The notes below the pieces were generated by a model that saw only the letters and a list, made by a program, of their open reading frames with translations, was not told where the DNA came from and made no database searches. Below are positions 1 to 13,600 of a stretch of DNA of 64,000 bases, piece after piece. The position numbers and the translations under genes were made by a program. Source of the DNA: Trichoplax sp. H2 (taxonomy: Eukaryota). The DNA lies in the NCBI GenBank assembly GCA_003344405.1, contig NOWV01000249.1, positions 1 to 64,000 on the forward strand. The letters are read 5' to 3'. Each line of letters begins with the position of its first letter. Position 1 is the stretch's first letter.

Positions 1-461
1 ATTAGCAATTTCCTGTACCTCGGTCTGCTTCTCAATCAGATGCAGCGTTTCTGTCTAGCGAGTTAATTTTGATTCGATTGGATCTCGCCATCCCGCATCT
101 ACCCTACTCATCTATTCCCCCTACAATTTGGGCAGAAATAAATAAATAAAAAAAATATAAAATATAAAATTAAAATTACTGGCTGAATTGATCTAATGAT
201 TTACAGTAGACTACAGTATGCAGTGTATGGTACTGTAGCATGAAGTACTGTACACTCTGGCTGGAAAGTAGTTGGAGTCGTGACTGTAGAGTAGCGCATC
301 CATTATCATACTTTGTATGCATAATATTGCAATGAATCATACAGTATATAGTCAGCTTGCAATCCGAGTCATTGTATTACTGTATACTACTCATGGGTCG
401 GCGAGCTCGATTGCGCACACTCTTCAAAGCTGTAAAGCAACCATCATCGATCTAATCCGCC

Positions 462-2036
462 ATGACAGTGAGTCTGCTAGCTGAATTGGAAATAATATTA
501 AGCAAAAAGAATGGACTATTACACTTAGTTCCATCGTTAGATGTGTATGTTAATGTTTAGCGTGATATTTCCATGATTTTTTACCCTTGCAATTTTAGGG
601 ACCTCCGGAGAAAAAGAAAAGAGAGAGTATCGTTGATCTGCAAAAGCATATCGATAAGAAAGTTCGCGTTAAATTTCAAGGTGGCCGAGAAGGTGATTCT
701 GCAAGTAGATGATGCTATTCCTTGATATCAGTAGACTTTGCAAAGTAGTTTATATACAATAATGGAATACTGCTAATGGTAAAAGCAGTTTACTATGGTT
801 AGATTGTGTCAATTTTATAAACAGTATCATAAGTGTACTTCGAAACGTCAGCATCATGTCAAGTTAGTTACTGCAAATTGAATTTGTTGAGCTTATATAC
901 GTAAAGAGAGAGAGAGAGAGATGTACTTAAACAGTAGATATTTCTTTGCTTAGAATGGACCAAAGCAAAGTAGAGGATTATTATAACATAGATGAGAATT
1001 GAAATCCACTCAAATCTCACTTTTTTTCCATCATTTTACTCGACTTACTCATCATGAAAGTGATTTGCATTTGATTCCATAATTAATTCCTAAATGGACA
1101 TGCAGTTTTATGAACGTAAAATTAGATGCTTGTAAAAGCTGCACGACAGTACAACGACATCTTTACTAATGGTTAATAGAGCTTGGCCGCAATAATACCG
1201 TTGTCATAACGAGATCATGCGAGCGCCTCAATTCCATTGTATGGTCTAGAGTTTAGAGGAGTTTCATATTTGTCTTGCACATTATAGGACTGTAGGTAAT
1301 GTACTAATGTCAACGTATTACAATACAACGCAATGGTAAAATAAGACAACGAAGGAAAGCTAGTCTTAATTTACAAACTGAAGAAACGAGCATTGAAAAT
1401 GGACATTCTTCGAAATCAAATTATGTCTGTAGTTAACACTTAGTATTGTACAGTATGTTAGAGAGTACGATCTTTTGCCAAGGCGGCTGTCATGAGCTAA
1501 TAGTGTTAAAGGTTGACGATTTTAAAAGTGCTAAATAGATATTGTAGACGATTAAAGTGCTTTATGAAAGATCACTAAACAATCTTCGCTTTAATATGTA
1601 CTGTACGTATTTATCCACAATTATAATTTCGTTTGAAAACAAGATTTTCAGCTACACAAAATGCTTGGATAGTAATTTTCATTTTTCATGACCATCAGCT
1701 ATAGGCATTCTGAAAGGTTATGATCCGTTATTGAACTTGGTACTTGATAATGCTGTAGAAAATTTACGTGGTAAGGAAGCTGAATGAGCTATTCTTGAAT
1801 TCAATGTGACCTATTACTCTACCACTTTTCTTACTACAGCGTAGATCGCACACCAATATAATTTATAAATAAAACATCGTGATTATTTTTCTTTTCCAGA
1901 TTTCGAAGATTTATCGCGAATTAGTAACGAAACAAGACAATTAGGATTAGTGGTTTGTCGAGGTACTTCTGTAGTAGTGATTAGCCCTAATGACGGTATC
2001 GAAGAGATTGCCAATCCATTCGTCCAAGCAGAGTGA
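462..2036 (+). CDS. LSM7: U6 snRNA-associated Sm-like protein LSm7 (exons 462-467, 599-692, 1699-1770, 1900-2036)
   Basis: GT-AG splicing gives MTGPPEKKKRESIVDLQKHIDKKVRVKFQGGREAIGILKGYDPLLNLVLDNAVENLRDFEDLSRISNETRQLGLVVCRGTSVVVISPNDGIEEIANPFVQAE*. This matches LSm7 motifs VKFQGGRE, GILKGxDPLLNLVLD and RQLGLVVCRGTS. Confidence 0.96.
905..921. repeat. (AG)n microsatellite in LSM7 intron 2
   Basis: About 8 AG units read directly. Confidence 0.8.
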
Positions 2037-2317
2037 GATGGATGTCAACTGTACCTATTTTATTTAATGTCATTATTTACTTCCCTTAGGAACGAAATTT
2101 GAATTGTAATTATTAAATTCATCCTAATACCCGAGATAATACAGTGCAATTTACTAGGCTATACTCGTATGTTGATCAAACGTGGTCATTGGTGTTAGAC
2201 CGTGTAGAGATAGGTAGAATTCATCATTGTCCTTCTATAACTGTACAGTGTTCACTAATTATCCGTTGAGTTTACATCTGGTACATTTTGCTGCCAGAAT
2301 CGATAAAATGTTAAATA

Positions 2318-2586
2318 CCATCGGATCTACCAATAAACATAACTTGTAATAAAAGATTTCAAGATTCACTTTCACCCTCGAATAGGCTTAATTTGCATGC
2401 AACTATAACTTCATATGCACGCATAATATACGTATGTATCTAAAGTTATCGCCATCGGATCTACAAATAAACATAACTTGTAATAAAAGATTTCAAGATT
2501 CACTTTCTCCCTCAAATAGGCTTAATTTGCATGCAACTCTAACTTGATATGCACGCATAATATACGTATGTATCTGAAGTTATCGC
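2318..2586. repeat. Tandem duplication, 2 x 134 bp, downstream of LSM7
   Basis: ccatcggatctac...aagttatcg starts at 2318 and at 2452 with few substitutions. Each copy contains AATAAA. Confidence 0.92.
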
Positions 2587-4438
2587 TTGCAATTTACATA
2601 TGGTGCTATAGTACAGAAATGCCGTTCACGTAATGAAATGTAATAGGTTCTACGCACTTTTAACCAGAAATGGTTGATGCATATCGTAAACTACTAGGTA
2701 AATGTCATCTATCTGTAGTATTTAGTTTTCGACTTTAAGTTACCTGAAACTGTTTGATCTACAGTATGCATGAAGTATGTAGACAATATATACCAGAAGT
2801 AAAAACCAAATCTACTACTTAGTACGCGTCTGGAGTACAGATTTTCTTTTAAATGCGTGTAGAGAGCTTGCTAGCTCATAACTTTTGTTATGGCACCAAA
2901 CATGATGATACGTAACAAATCAGTAATCTAGGTACGTATTTCTATAATAAAGTGAAACAAATTCGCCCATCATACCGACGGTAGCTCTTCTTCAAAATGA
3001 GGGTGATACAGGAAATCCAATTAATAAATATTCAGTTAAAAAATGTGACGTGGCTATACCGAATTATAGAAATAAAAATCTATACCAATAAAGCAAGCCA
3101 TTAAATTTGATTTACGAAAGTTTGCAATATATTGCGAGAGAAAATGTGTACAGTACAGGAATAAATTATCAAAGCTATCAAGACATCAAAAATTCAAGTT
3201 TACATTGTGTTAATGTACGTATTCCCAAGTATTTCATGCACATTTCTTAGCCCGATATAGAGCAGTATCGATAAATCAAGCTTAATACTATTATCTTCCG
3301 GTTTTATCGTTGCAAATTCTAACACAGTGCGCATACTGCATTGTATACAAGTAATTGTACACGCGTATACGTAGTATTTTACTGGGAATTTTACTTATTT
3401 CTGTCAGTGCATACAAATGTGTAATATAGCTGTCGGCATACTCTAGTAAATCAGCATTAAGTGTACATATATCAAATTGGACAATTTATTAAATACTAAA
3501 TACTAACTAAGCTACTCTAATGTAGAAAATTTAGTTACGATCAGATAGTAATTAGCTATCTTGCGCATTCATTCCAATCGATACAATCAGACTTAGTCCT
3601 TTATTACAGTGTACGATGATGCAAAACGATACAGCTGCTGTATGCCTGTATAAGAGAGTTTTCATGAATTTTAGCCAAAAAAATAGCCAACACCTTGAAG
3701 TAACAGTTCAAGGCTTTTGTTCATATAATATGTACTGTAACAAGTAAATTCTGAACAAATTTTAAGATATAGCAAAAGATAGGATTGTAAAATAAGCAGG
3801 TTATCGGTCATGAGTACTACAGTAGGTAAAGAACAATAATTATAATTTAACTATTATAAACTTTCAGAAAATATTGAAACAGAGTGACTGCATTTATTGA
3901 TTAACCGGTAAGACTCTAGTGTAGCAGTTTTATGTAAAGCAGTTACATTACCAAAAGTTATAAACGATACTGATAATAGTAGTGCAGTATATTGAATTTG
4001 TTCAAAAAGTGACTGATACGATAAGGCCTTCAAATACGGTATTCGTTCGAATATGAATTGCTAGAAGTGCTAAATGCTCACTACAATAGCTATTATCGAC
4101 ACATACTGTAGGCAGCTCTGCTGTCTAGTTAAACTAAACTATAACATTTCAATAAATATCCCACATCGAGAACTTTATATTATCATAGAGGTATCAACGA
4201 TTATTATTGAATACTACTAAACTGTTAACAAACGGGCCATTATAGCACAGATATGGAGAATATACTGCATTATTTACGGAACATAGCTAACTGCTTCCGT
4301 TATAATACTGATACCGTAGTCAAGAACTCATTGTTTATATTTTCACAGCAATAAGTCAAATAAACTAATATACATCAAAGTATTGATACTGGATAATTCC
4401 AGTCATATTAATAATAAGATTGGCGACTTGTAAGAAAA

Positions 4439-7400
4439 TTATCTATTCTTGGCATTATCTTTAGGAACATCTACCTGTAATAACAAAATTAGTAAAATAC
4501 ATTTCGTTACATAGGCTGCGTTATATCCCATTCAATTCGAACACATTGGACACTTGGCAATGGTTGTTATCGTTCGTTATCGTCTTTCAAGAATAAGTAT
4601 AAAAGTCTACCACTCATGACTCAAGCAATCAGCATACAGTATATTCATATGAACTGCTTATTATTGCAATTTACTCGCAACGCGATGTACAAACCTTTAC
4701 ATCATCGGCTCCTACCAATTTATGGGTTGTATCAGTCGGGACTGCTCTATTTACATAACCACCTTTCGATTTCATTTGACTTTTAATACTATCGAACTGT
4801 AATAATGAAAAAAAGAAATTATTACTTTAACCACTTCGCTAAGGCTCATAGTAGAAAACTGCGATACTACGATATTGTGGAGAATTTATCCATGTATGGA
4901 GTACGTATATGATATCATTAATATCAAATATGAAAATGATAATCTAGCGTAATTCGATGGTACATTATTTACGATTTATCTATTATAATTAATTCATGGT
5001 GCTCGTCTTGAAAACTTATGTTATAATCGTGGATTAGAATGCAATACTAAAAATGAAAACGAGCTGAAAGCAAGTCAGATGTTGGAAAGATAAAGTTTTC
5101 ACAATTTTTGCACAAAGTAATACAGCAGTAAAGCAAAGATGTTGAATAATTATGACTGAACGAAGCTTCATAAAATTGTGGTATCTTATAGTAAATCACG
5201 AAGCGTATTCACTACTATAGATCGATTACGTCATATCAATTACAGTCAAGTCGTGAAATATCGCCTAAGAACGTTTAGTGTTAACAAATCGTGAAAATAT
5301 AAATAAATAAATAATCAATGGCTATGAGCAACATTACGTCAAAAATTGGATAGAGGGTTAAAAACGGCTGTATTGAAGTTAATAATGACAGAAGATTTTT
5401 AGTTCGATTCTAGTGTATTGCACACTGATTAACAAATATCCCTCCACCATAATGTATTAAATAGTGACATTTTATTTTGCTAGTTTGTTGGATTGGAGGT
5501 GAGAGCAACAGAGGTGAATATAAATAATATATAAAGTAGGACACAGGAGGGAAGCATTACTTCTTATCTTTGCTAAACTATAACAAGATACTTTAATTCA
5601 TTCAACCAGTCTAATCAAATATACACATGTTATGAACGATTGATAATAATAATATACGAATCTCTAGAAATATCTTAAACACCGTTTATGCATTAAACTG
5701 GTCAATAAAATTGATCATTTCAATATCGCTTTAACGTCTAATTCTCTATTATCATTTACAATTTATTCAATCCATAACTGTGCGTATCAGCGAGTTCCAT
5801 TCTCATAGGGTACAGTATCAATTTTCTAAACTGAAATGCTTTCGCAACGATGTTATAAGAAATGGATTGATTTAAATGAAACTGAGGCAAAATGTCAACG
5901 AAACAAAAAATTACAATATGCAAAGAAGAATTTATTTATAAAATTGGCCAAACAATAAACTGTAAGCGCAATTGCAAGATGTGCTCCTTGGACGAATATC
6001 ATTCATACCTCATTGTCTACTCCTGAATGGCTATCGCTGGCCCCCAAATGTCCGGTATGCTGTTGGCGTTTAATAAAAAAAGAAAAGACATCATTAGATT
6101 GCTAATGTAGTAGATAATACAATACAGAAGCCAAAAGAGGATACGTAATATTTCGGTCAAAGACCTACAATGACTAGGAGCTTCATTCTCTTACTGTAAT
6201 GATATTTCAAGGTAGTTTTAATCTACTTGGGGAAAACATTGGGATATGATTGGAATATAGTAATAACAGTGATACTATGTTTATTTGAGGGTGTGTGAAA
6301 TCATCACAATACTTGATATGCTAGGCATAAAAGTTGCTAAATTGGTTGCGGCTTTAATTTTTTTCTCTTGCTAATTACATTAATTCCATTAGCATAGTGC
6401 AATTACATCATCACTACATCACTGTTTGCGCTTTTTTTTGGACATGCAAGTAGCTTTCTACTTTGCCATTCCAACTAAAGCACAAGACAATAAAAGATGG
6501 GGCAAACGACTTGTTGACTTTAGACTAGAAATAGGCGTAGTGTACGTATAGAACTTGTACAGTAGAAGTATGATACGGATGAATTAACAAATGTTGCAGC
6601 CATTTTCAACTAATAAGTTGACAAACAAGACAGATTATGCATTAGGTCATCAATTCTAATCCGTAATGTAGGCACTAGCACCGATGTGTACATTGATAAT
6701 TACTCTTGTAACTTAATAATATTGGTGCAAAAAGTAGTTGATCTTTCTTTCGTTGAGAGCATTTATATCATTCATGGACAAAAATAAGAAATGAAAATAT
6801 CAAAAACTTCCAACCTGAAAACTAGTAGGAGCTCCAATCGCCGAGCGATCAATCCTTCTCGGTGGCTAATAAGAAAAAGCACAAGAGCAATATACATGAT
6901 AGCATTAGTTTCTAACTCAATGCAATATACGCTCGATGTCGTTAAAGTCAGAATATTTGCAAGGGTAGTATTTTTTTTTTTAATGTATCTACCATGGTTA
7001 ATAACTCTCCTATTGGTCAGGAATATACATGATAGTATTCGCTTCGAACTCAATGCAATATACGCTCGATGTCGTTGAAGTCAGAATATTTACAAGGGTA
7101 TCTTTTTTTTTTTAATGTATCTATCATGGTTAATAACTCTCCTATTGGTCAGGAATGGATAGAATTGGACATCCAAGTCTAATTGATGACGATTCTACAG
7201 TATTGTAGTGTATTGGCGTAGTCAAGCGTAAAATTTGTAATTGACGAGAAAACAATTACCATCCTATCCGTAGTCGTACGCAGGCGGATATCTTGTTGTG
7301 AAAGCGGCGATGTCAATTTTGCCCTAACTGTATCATCATGAGTACTATCATAACATAGAGCGAATTATTCATCGATTGACTTTATCCGATCAATATGTCT

Positions 7401-8131
7401 AGAGTGATGAGTTTATCGGCGACATACGCGTTTTCATTTTTACAAAATTGATTGATACTTGAAAAGTACAAGATCCGCTAGGCACATGGTAGACACTAGA
7501 CCCGTTCTCCATCATCTCCTATACCGTAGTCGTATGGCTGGATTGGCAATAAGTTCCATAGTGCCATTCCTTTTAGCACCGGTAATAACTCGTTGCAGCG
7601 AGCGATGAATAAGATGAAAAGTGGAGCACAATGTGTTGTTTAAAAGTATCCAATCTACATGCATCTAGTACAGTACAGAACAAGACTGACAACTCGCATG
7701 TCCAAGTTGTATCATTTGTTAATGGGATTTCACTTAGTGCTGTACTAAATTAGTTCTCAACATCCATGAAAAGATTTCAATAGACAGAAAATGTTGTCTT
7801 CAGTCCTGTCAAGATATCAGCGATCCAATCACCCCAAAGATATTCAATTTGCTACAAAAAACCAATTTGATGAAGCGTAGGCGATTTCAACGCTACGCCA
7901 TGATGATCCATTTTGAATGCTGGTTTTTTTAGATGGTTTCTATTTGTTGGTGGGCCTATCGTTAGGCTATCAATCTTTGTTGATCATGTCTTTTGGATAC
8001 TAGCTCTATCATGGTATTCCATGCTAAACTCTCATCCTACACATGGTGTCTATAATCTTGCATCAAAAATAGCTCTAAAATACCTGATTTGTTTCAACGT
8101 TGCAGCAAGGAAAGCACACCATATACGACAT
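4439..8131 (-). CDS. CDC42SE: CDC42 small effector protein (SPEC family), 95 aa; exons 8131-8084, 6865-6815, 6059-6009, 4796-4695, 4474-4439
   Basis: All phase-0 GT-AG introns. Protein MSYMVCFPCCNVETNQ/PPRRIDRSAIGAPTSFQ/HTGHLGASDSHSGVDNE/FDSIKSQMKSKGGYVNRAVPTDTTHKLVGADDVK/VDVPKDNAKNR*. It has the N-terminal CC, RRIDRS, a CRIB (IGAPTSFQHTGHLG) and QMxSKGGY, as in CDC42SE1/2. Confidence 0.92.
6889..7156. repeat. Tandem duplication, 2 x ~133 bp, in CDC42SE intron
   Basis: aatatacatgatag...cctattggtcaggaat starts at 6889 and at 7022. Confidence 0.9.
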
Positions 8132-10640
8132 ATCGACCGGCCCACACACCGACGCTAAATCAACCTATCAGATGGGGTAAGTACTACACTTGACCTCGTT
8201 GACTGTCACTTCAACTAATCTAATCTATCTAGTATCAACACAAAAGCCAACTGATTATCCCACAAGTGCAATTTTCAACGTTCAAATCGATACCATCCAC
8301 CAAGAAATGGCAATCTTCTTACTTCAACCAATTCTTTACTACTGTAATCCAAGTCGATAATCACGACTGCCGCTGCTGCATTCGATGTTGATCAAAGTAA
8401 TCCACTAGCCAAGTGAGTTTAAGTGACGAAAAAGGCCGCAATTTCTCCTAGCCCCTGTAGAAAAACAATCTTGTCAAAACATCCAGTAGTGCAACTTCTT
8501 TTGTTTGGACTGTACACTTCGCACTGTATCGCATGGCCAGCGTGGATAGTACTGTATAAAGTACTGTACACCAGGGACTTGCTACTGAAGACCTACAGTA
8601 CTGTACTGTAGTATGTTGTCAGACGATCTTCTCCTAGTTACCACCAGTGACTAGTATCATGCACAATGCACGGACGATGGCACATGTTACAGTATGGTAG
8701 TACCGGTGCCGTTGTCGGCGGTATGCTTGCCATCAGTACAGTTACTACTCGAGTACTCGTTACTAGTGTAAAGCGAGTGGAAAGAGCAATCAAAATTGCC
8801 AATTTTGCTAGGCATACCGTAGTGTATACACTAGAGACCCTCTGTACACTACATCCGCCATATCGATTGATGTATATTTCGTTCAAAAATAGCCAAGAAA
8901 AAGGATTTGATGTCCGCTAATTTCTACGCCGAAAAATGGCGGATATACAGTACTCTACTCTACAGTCTACAGTATAGGACAGATTGCTAATCTGCCATTC
9001 TATTTGTAAAATAGATGTCATGAGTTACGCATCAATTGAAACTAGAATCGAACGATGAGATAGGTCTTTCTACGACATCCATTTTACACATTGTACAGTA
9101 CGATGGTGACATCATACAGTATTTTTATTCTTTACTATGACTGCCCATGCCAATAGGCCATGACTCATGCAATCATGCCGTCGGACAAGTACAGTCAATC
9201 ATGACTTGATAATGCTCCACAAAACAATAGTTTCAATCACGACAGTGACGTATATGGGTTACGTACAAATAAGGTATAATAATCATCATAAGAACAATAT
9301 CTACTGTATCTATTCTGGAGTACAAAAATCGAGTGAACAGTAACGCAGTTGGCCATCTAAATATATCGATAAATAAATAAAATGATGTAGCGCTTACTAA
9401 ACTACAAGAAATACAGACAGTAAATGGAAACTGATTTATTCATGCGTGGACGCGCGTATATTGGTAGCAGAATCGTAAATGGACATTGTCACTGATTAAG
9501 CGATTGGTCTGTAGTCGCCAAAAGAGGTTTAGTTATCACTGTAACAGGTACACATCATGGATGGTAATAGCCTAATAGGTTACATAACATGAATGTGATC
9601 CTCAATGACTAAATTCACTACCTATCAAACGAAATGAAAGATAGAAATAAACGGAATCGATGCATTACTCGATACCACTGGATAATGCAGACTGAATTGA
9701 GTATCAGGATACTTCGACGAGAATACAAGTGGACAATTTTGCCCTTGTCAGTGGTATTATTACCGTACTGTACTGTACTATACAGTATGTGTATGTCAAT
9801 ATCTGAACTGTATTGATGATATTCGCCATCGTAAACTATAAACAGTAGACTAAAAATAGTATTATAATTAGCTACTGGTACGATTCTCCGGCCTGTCAGC
9901 GGTGGAGTAACAATTTTAACAACCAGTAAAAATCATATCTACTCTTTTTAACCAAGTTACAGAATTCAGTATCATAAATTAATTGTGCTAACAGGAAGTA
10001 AACATAAAAATTACCATTTTATTTCCTAGCACATTACGCTTCAGTGCCGTAATGCCACAGTAAAGAAGGACACGTATAAAACTGTACGCGATATTAGGTT
10101 ATATCGAAACAACGACAATGCATACAAATTTCACACGAGCTTCTCGGAGTCTTAATTTTAATAATCACATAGACTATAGACTGATTTACTCTCCAGTACG
10201 ATACAAAAATGATAGCAAGACTAATTAATATACAGAGTACTAATCTTAGATTGAACGATCTTAAAATTTATGCTGCCAAGAAAAAATTCAATCTATTCGA
10301 TATGTTTGTTTTCCGATCATTATTCAATGGCTCGTAATTTTAAAAATGCAAACAACTTGTTTATATATAAATTTATATAGTCATAATAATTCCAGAAATT
10401 TGCAAGGGGCTAATACAGCATATCAGTCTTTATACTATAACTTTAAAAACAATCATTTTACATTGTCTTAGATATTATTTGAATTTGTCATGTTTTACAA
10501 AATAACGTTATCAGTAAAGTCGTCATTAGCAATTGGCAACGACACGCATAACAAAGATTAAAATAGTTACTATTTTATAGTTGTCAGATACAGAAAGACT
10601 TATATCTGATTAGTATAATCTGTGTCTAAAATTGCATATT

Positions 10641-13600
10641 CTACACCATCGAGGACAATACTCCGGGTTCACGGTCGTTGTTACTGTCTACATCCCGTTC
10701 CATTTCATCCTGTTCTGCATCATCTTGTTCACTATCTTCAATACTAGCTGACCTAACACGATTCTAGAAGGCAATGCGACGAATAGAAATGTAGAACTTT
10801 ATCAATATCATTGACAGTAGTAACTACCATGACATATCATGCCAGTGAATGCGCGTGTCAATGATATCGTACCTCGAATTTCCCTTTCCACATCTGCTTT
10901 AATTCTGAACGTCGCCAAGCTGCAATAGAAGTGGGAATTAAAGTTAATGGAACGATGTACAATAATGCTGGTTGACCTCGGCCTGAAAGGATAAGCCCAA
11001 CGAATGTAGCTATCAAGCCTATCACATATCCTACATTCGTAGATGAAATAAAGAAATGGGCCATTATATAGTGCTTGTTAACGTATGAATATCCTTTATT
11101 GTTAATTAAATAAAATCGATGTATATAATTAATCAATAGCCACATTACCAATTAATGATACTAGGAAGTACACTTTAATAGAATCATACGGCTTCTGGAC
11201 ATCAAAACGATGGCAAAATGCGATAAACATTCCTGCAATTGATATTTACGTGTTATAATGCTGAATACCACAATAATTATATTCTACTGGCACAACAACA
11301 CATATAGAAATACAAACCTGGGACAAGAATATCACCAAAGCCAAGAAGAGAATACATAGGATCGAAACACGTGTCAATATAGGCACTATGATAGAATCTC
11401 GGTACTTTTATCAGTAATGGTAGCTAAATAATAGTAAAAATTTGTGCAACAATAAGCTAATCAAAAGGACTGTATACTTTCGTTGAACACGGTCAAAAAG
11501 GTTTAACAAGCTGCCAGACAACTAACCTCTTCTCTTACAGTGCTTGTTGTCCAATTGCGGGCTTGGCTGCTTGTTCTGCCTCCACCAACAGCCACCTGAA
11601 CCATAATACTTTCCCCGTTCTTAATAGAGAAATGATTATTATTATTACTATTATTATTAATCCAGAAATCATCTCGGCTATTAGAACGCACTTTACTTTC
11701 GTAAGAACAAGCATCTTATTATGTTACCTTTGTAATTAGAGGCGTGATAAATACAAAGAAGATATCATACAAGAACAGGAGAGTTAACAAAAACGTGCAG
11801 AACTGAAAGAAAATTACATAACATCATTGCATCAGTAAAATATAGTATGACCGCTTAAGCTACCTTATAAATTCTTACTACTCACTTTCAAATTAGGTAA
11901 AGCATAGTATTTCAAAATAACGATACAAAATGCGCAACTAAGCAGATCTTGAATAACCCAGCTATATCTACAATCCAATTTAATTTAATTCCATAATTAT
12001 TAATATATGTGCAGGTAGAACTTCATTACATACAGTACAAGTGACATTTTATGCCAGTATTACATTTGATGGCGTTCGATAAGCCAGAAAATAACCAATG
12101 AAATAGATAAACCTAGTAATACGATCTCTTTCATGGATAAGATATAAGGTTTTTGCATCAAATATGGTATCTTAATGGGCGGTAACCTGATTAGGAACAA
12201 ATTACAAATTAATTTCACATGGACGTCTGAAAACTGTGTTTTCATACATAAAACTATTGCTAATGTCTTTCATGGCTTACCTCGTATCTCCAAAATGAAC
12301 ATATGACAAGAATGGATGAAATAAGTCGTAACATCCGTAAACGCAAAAGCCGCAATATATGACAATAATGAACCAAACTTGGAGGATATAATTTTTTATC
12401 AAATTAGTGTTATTACAAATTCAAGCGATAAAACAATTCTATCATGGTAAAAGAAATGTAAAAGCCCTCATTACAGTAATAAATTTACTCTCGCTTACCA
12501 AAATAATTGTAGAAGAAATAAAGTAGCAAAAGGGTGGAGCAAAGTGCAATCAGGATGATCACAACAAAGATCAAAGTCATTTTTGAAATTTGTTCTTTAA
12601 TATTTTCTCGTGCATCTCTGCTACTATTTCGATCAAGTAATTCATCACCATCTTTATGAGAGCATTTATATGATTTTGAAAGGCAACATTGAATACATGG
12701 GATCCTATTATGCAAAACGATATCCATTAACTTCTATCAAAGTAAATTGAATAAATATGAGTACCATAGCTTGAAATTTCTCAATTAATCTGTTACCCGT
12801 GCCATCTCCGTTCCCATGGGACAGAGAGTAAACTACCAATTGTTATACAAAAAACCGCGATGAAGAATATAAGTAGGAAATTAGCATCAGCAGTTGGAAT
12901 TATTGGCGAATAAAATTTTACACGGATGTCACTTTTCATGGACTAAAGACAGAACATGAGGATATGGAAATTAATAATAACAAAGATAGGCAAATTGCAC
13001 TCCATCAACTCCACTTTGTCAATTGTATCTACACTCCTATGCTACTGTAAGTAGAGAGCATATAGCACATCAATAGCTAAATTAATAAGATTTTGTTATA
13101 CTTTTAAAATGGTTAATATTACAATATCTGTATAATAAAAGCAACTCAGGTACAACTCATTATACCTGAAGCGATTTTCCAGCTGCTGCTGAAATAGCTA
13201 AAATCATGATCGTCATGTTATCTTTCTTGGTTATGTTTGGACACGGATTTGCCTACAACAGTAAACAATTACTTTTAGTGACTGCACGGTGCACACACAG
13301 TGCGCACGTCGCTATAGATATCATAGTAATACTCCTCGAGATTTTACGGAAAGACATTTACAAAAATGTACAATTCCAAAACAGGAGCTGTACTAAGTAG
13401 CAACTACAACATTAAATGTAAGGTTTAAATACGCTACCGTATTAAGAGAGATTAAGAAGATAATAAATACTGTAACACTGAAATAACTTATCAAACTTGA
13501 CATTATTAGATAATATCACGTAGAAAGTCTACGAAAATCAGCTTATCTCTGCTGTTCGGAAAGCAATTTAAACATACCAAATACTGGTAACTAGCCAGTA

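Noticed and set aside
18..91. Minus-strand ATG (MARSNRIKINSLDRNAASD) with a nearby GT donor
   Set aside because: All frames hit stops before the donor and there is no recognisable homology.
1101..1153. Hairpin tgcagtttta...taaaagctgca followed by ACA in LSM7 intron 2 (H/ACA snoRNA candidate)
   Set aside because: No convincing second hairpin, H box or target could be identified by eye.
7260..7367. 35 open codons ending in a donor-like site inside CDC42SE intron 1
   Set aside because: No start codon or credible acceptor; at most a non-coding alternative exon.
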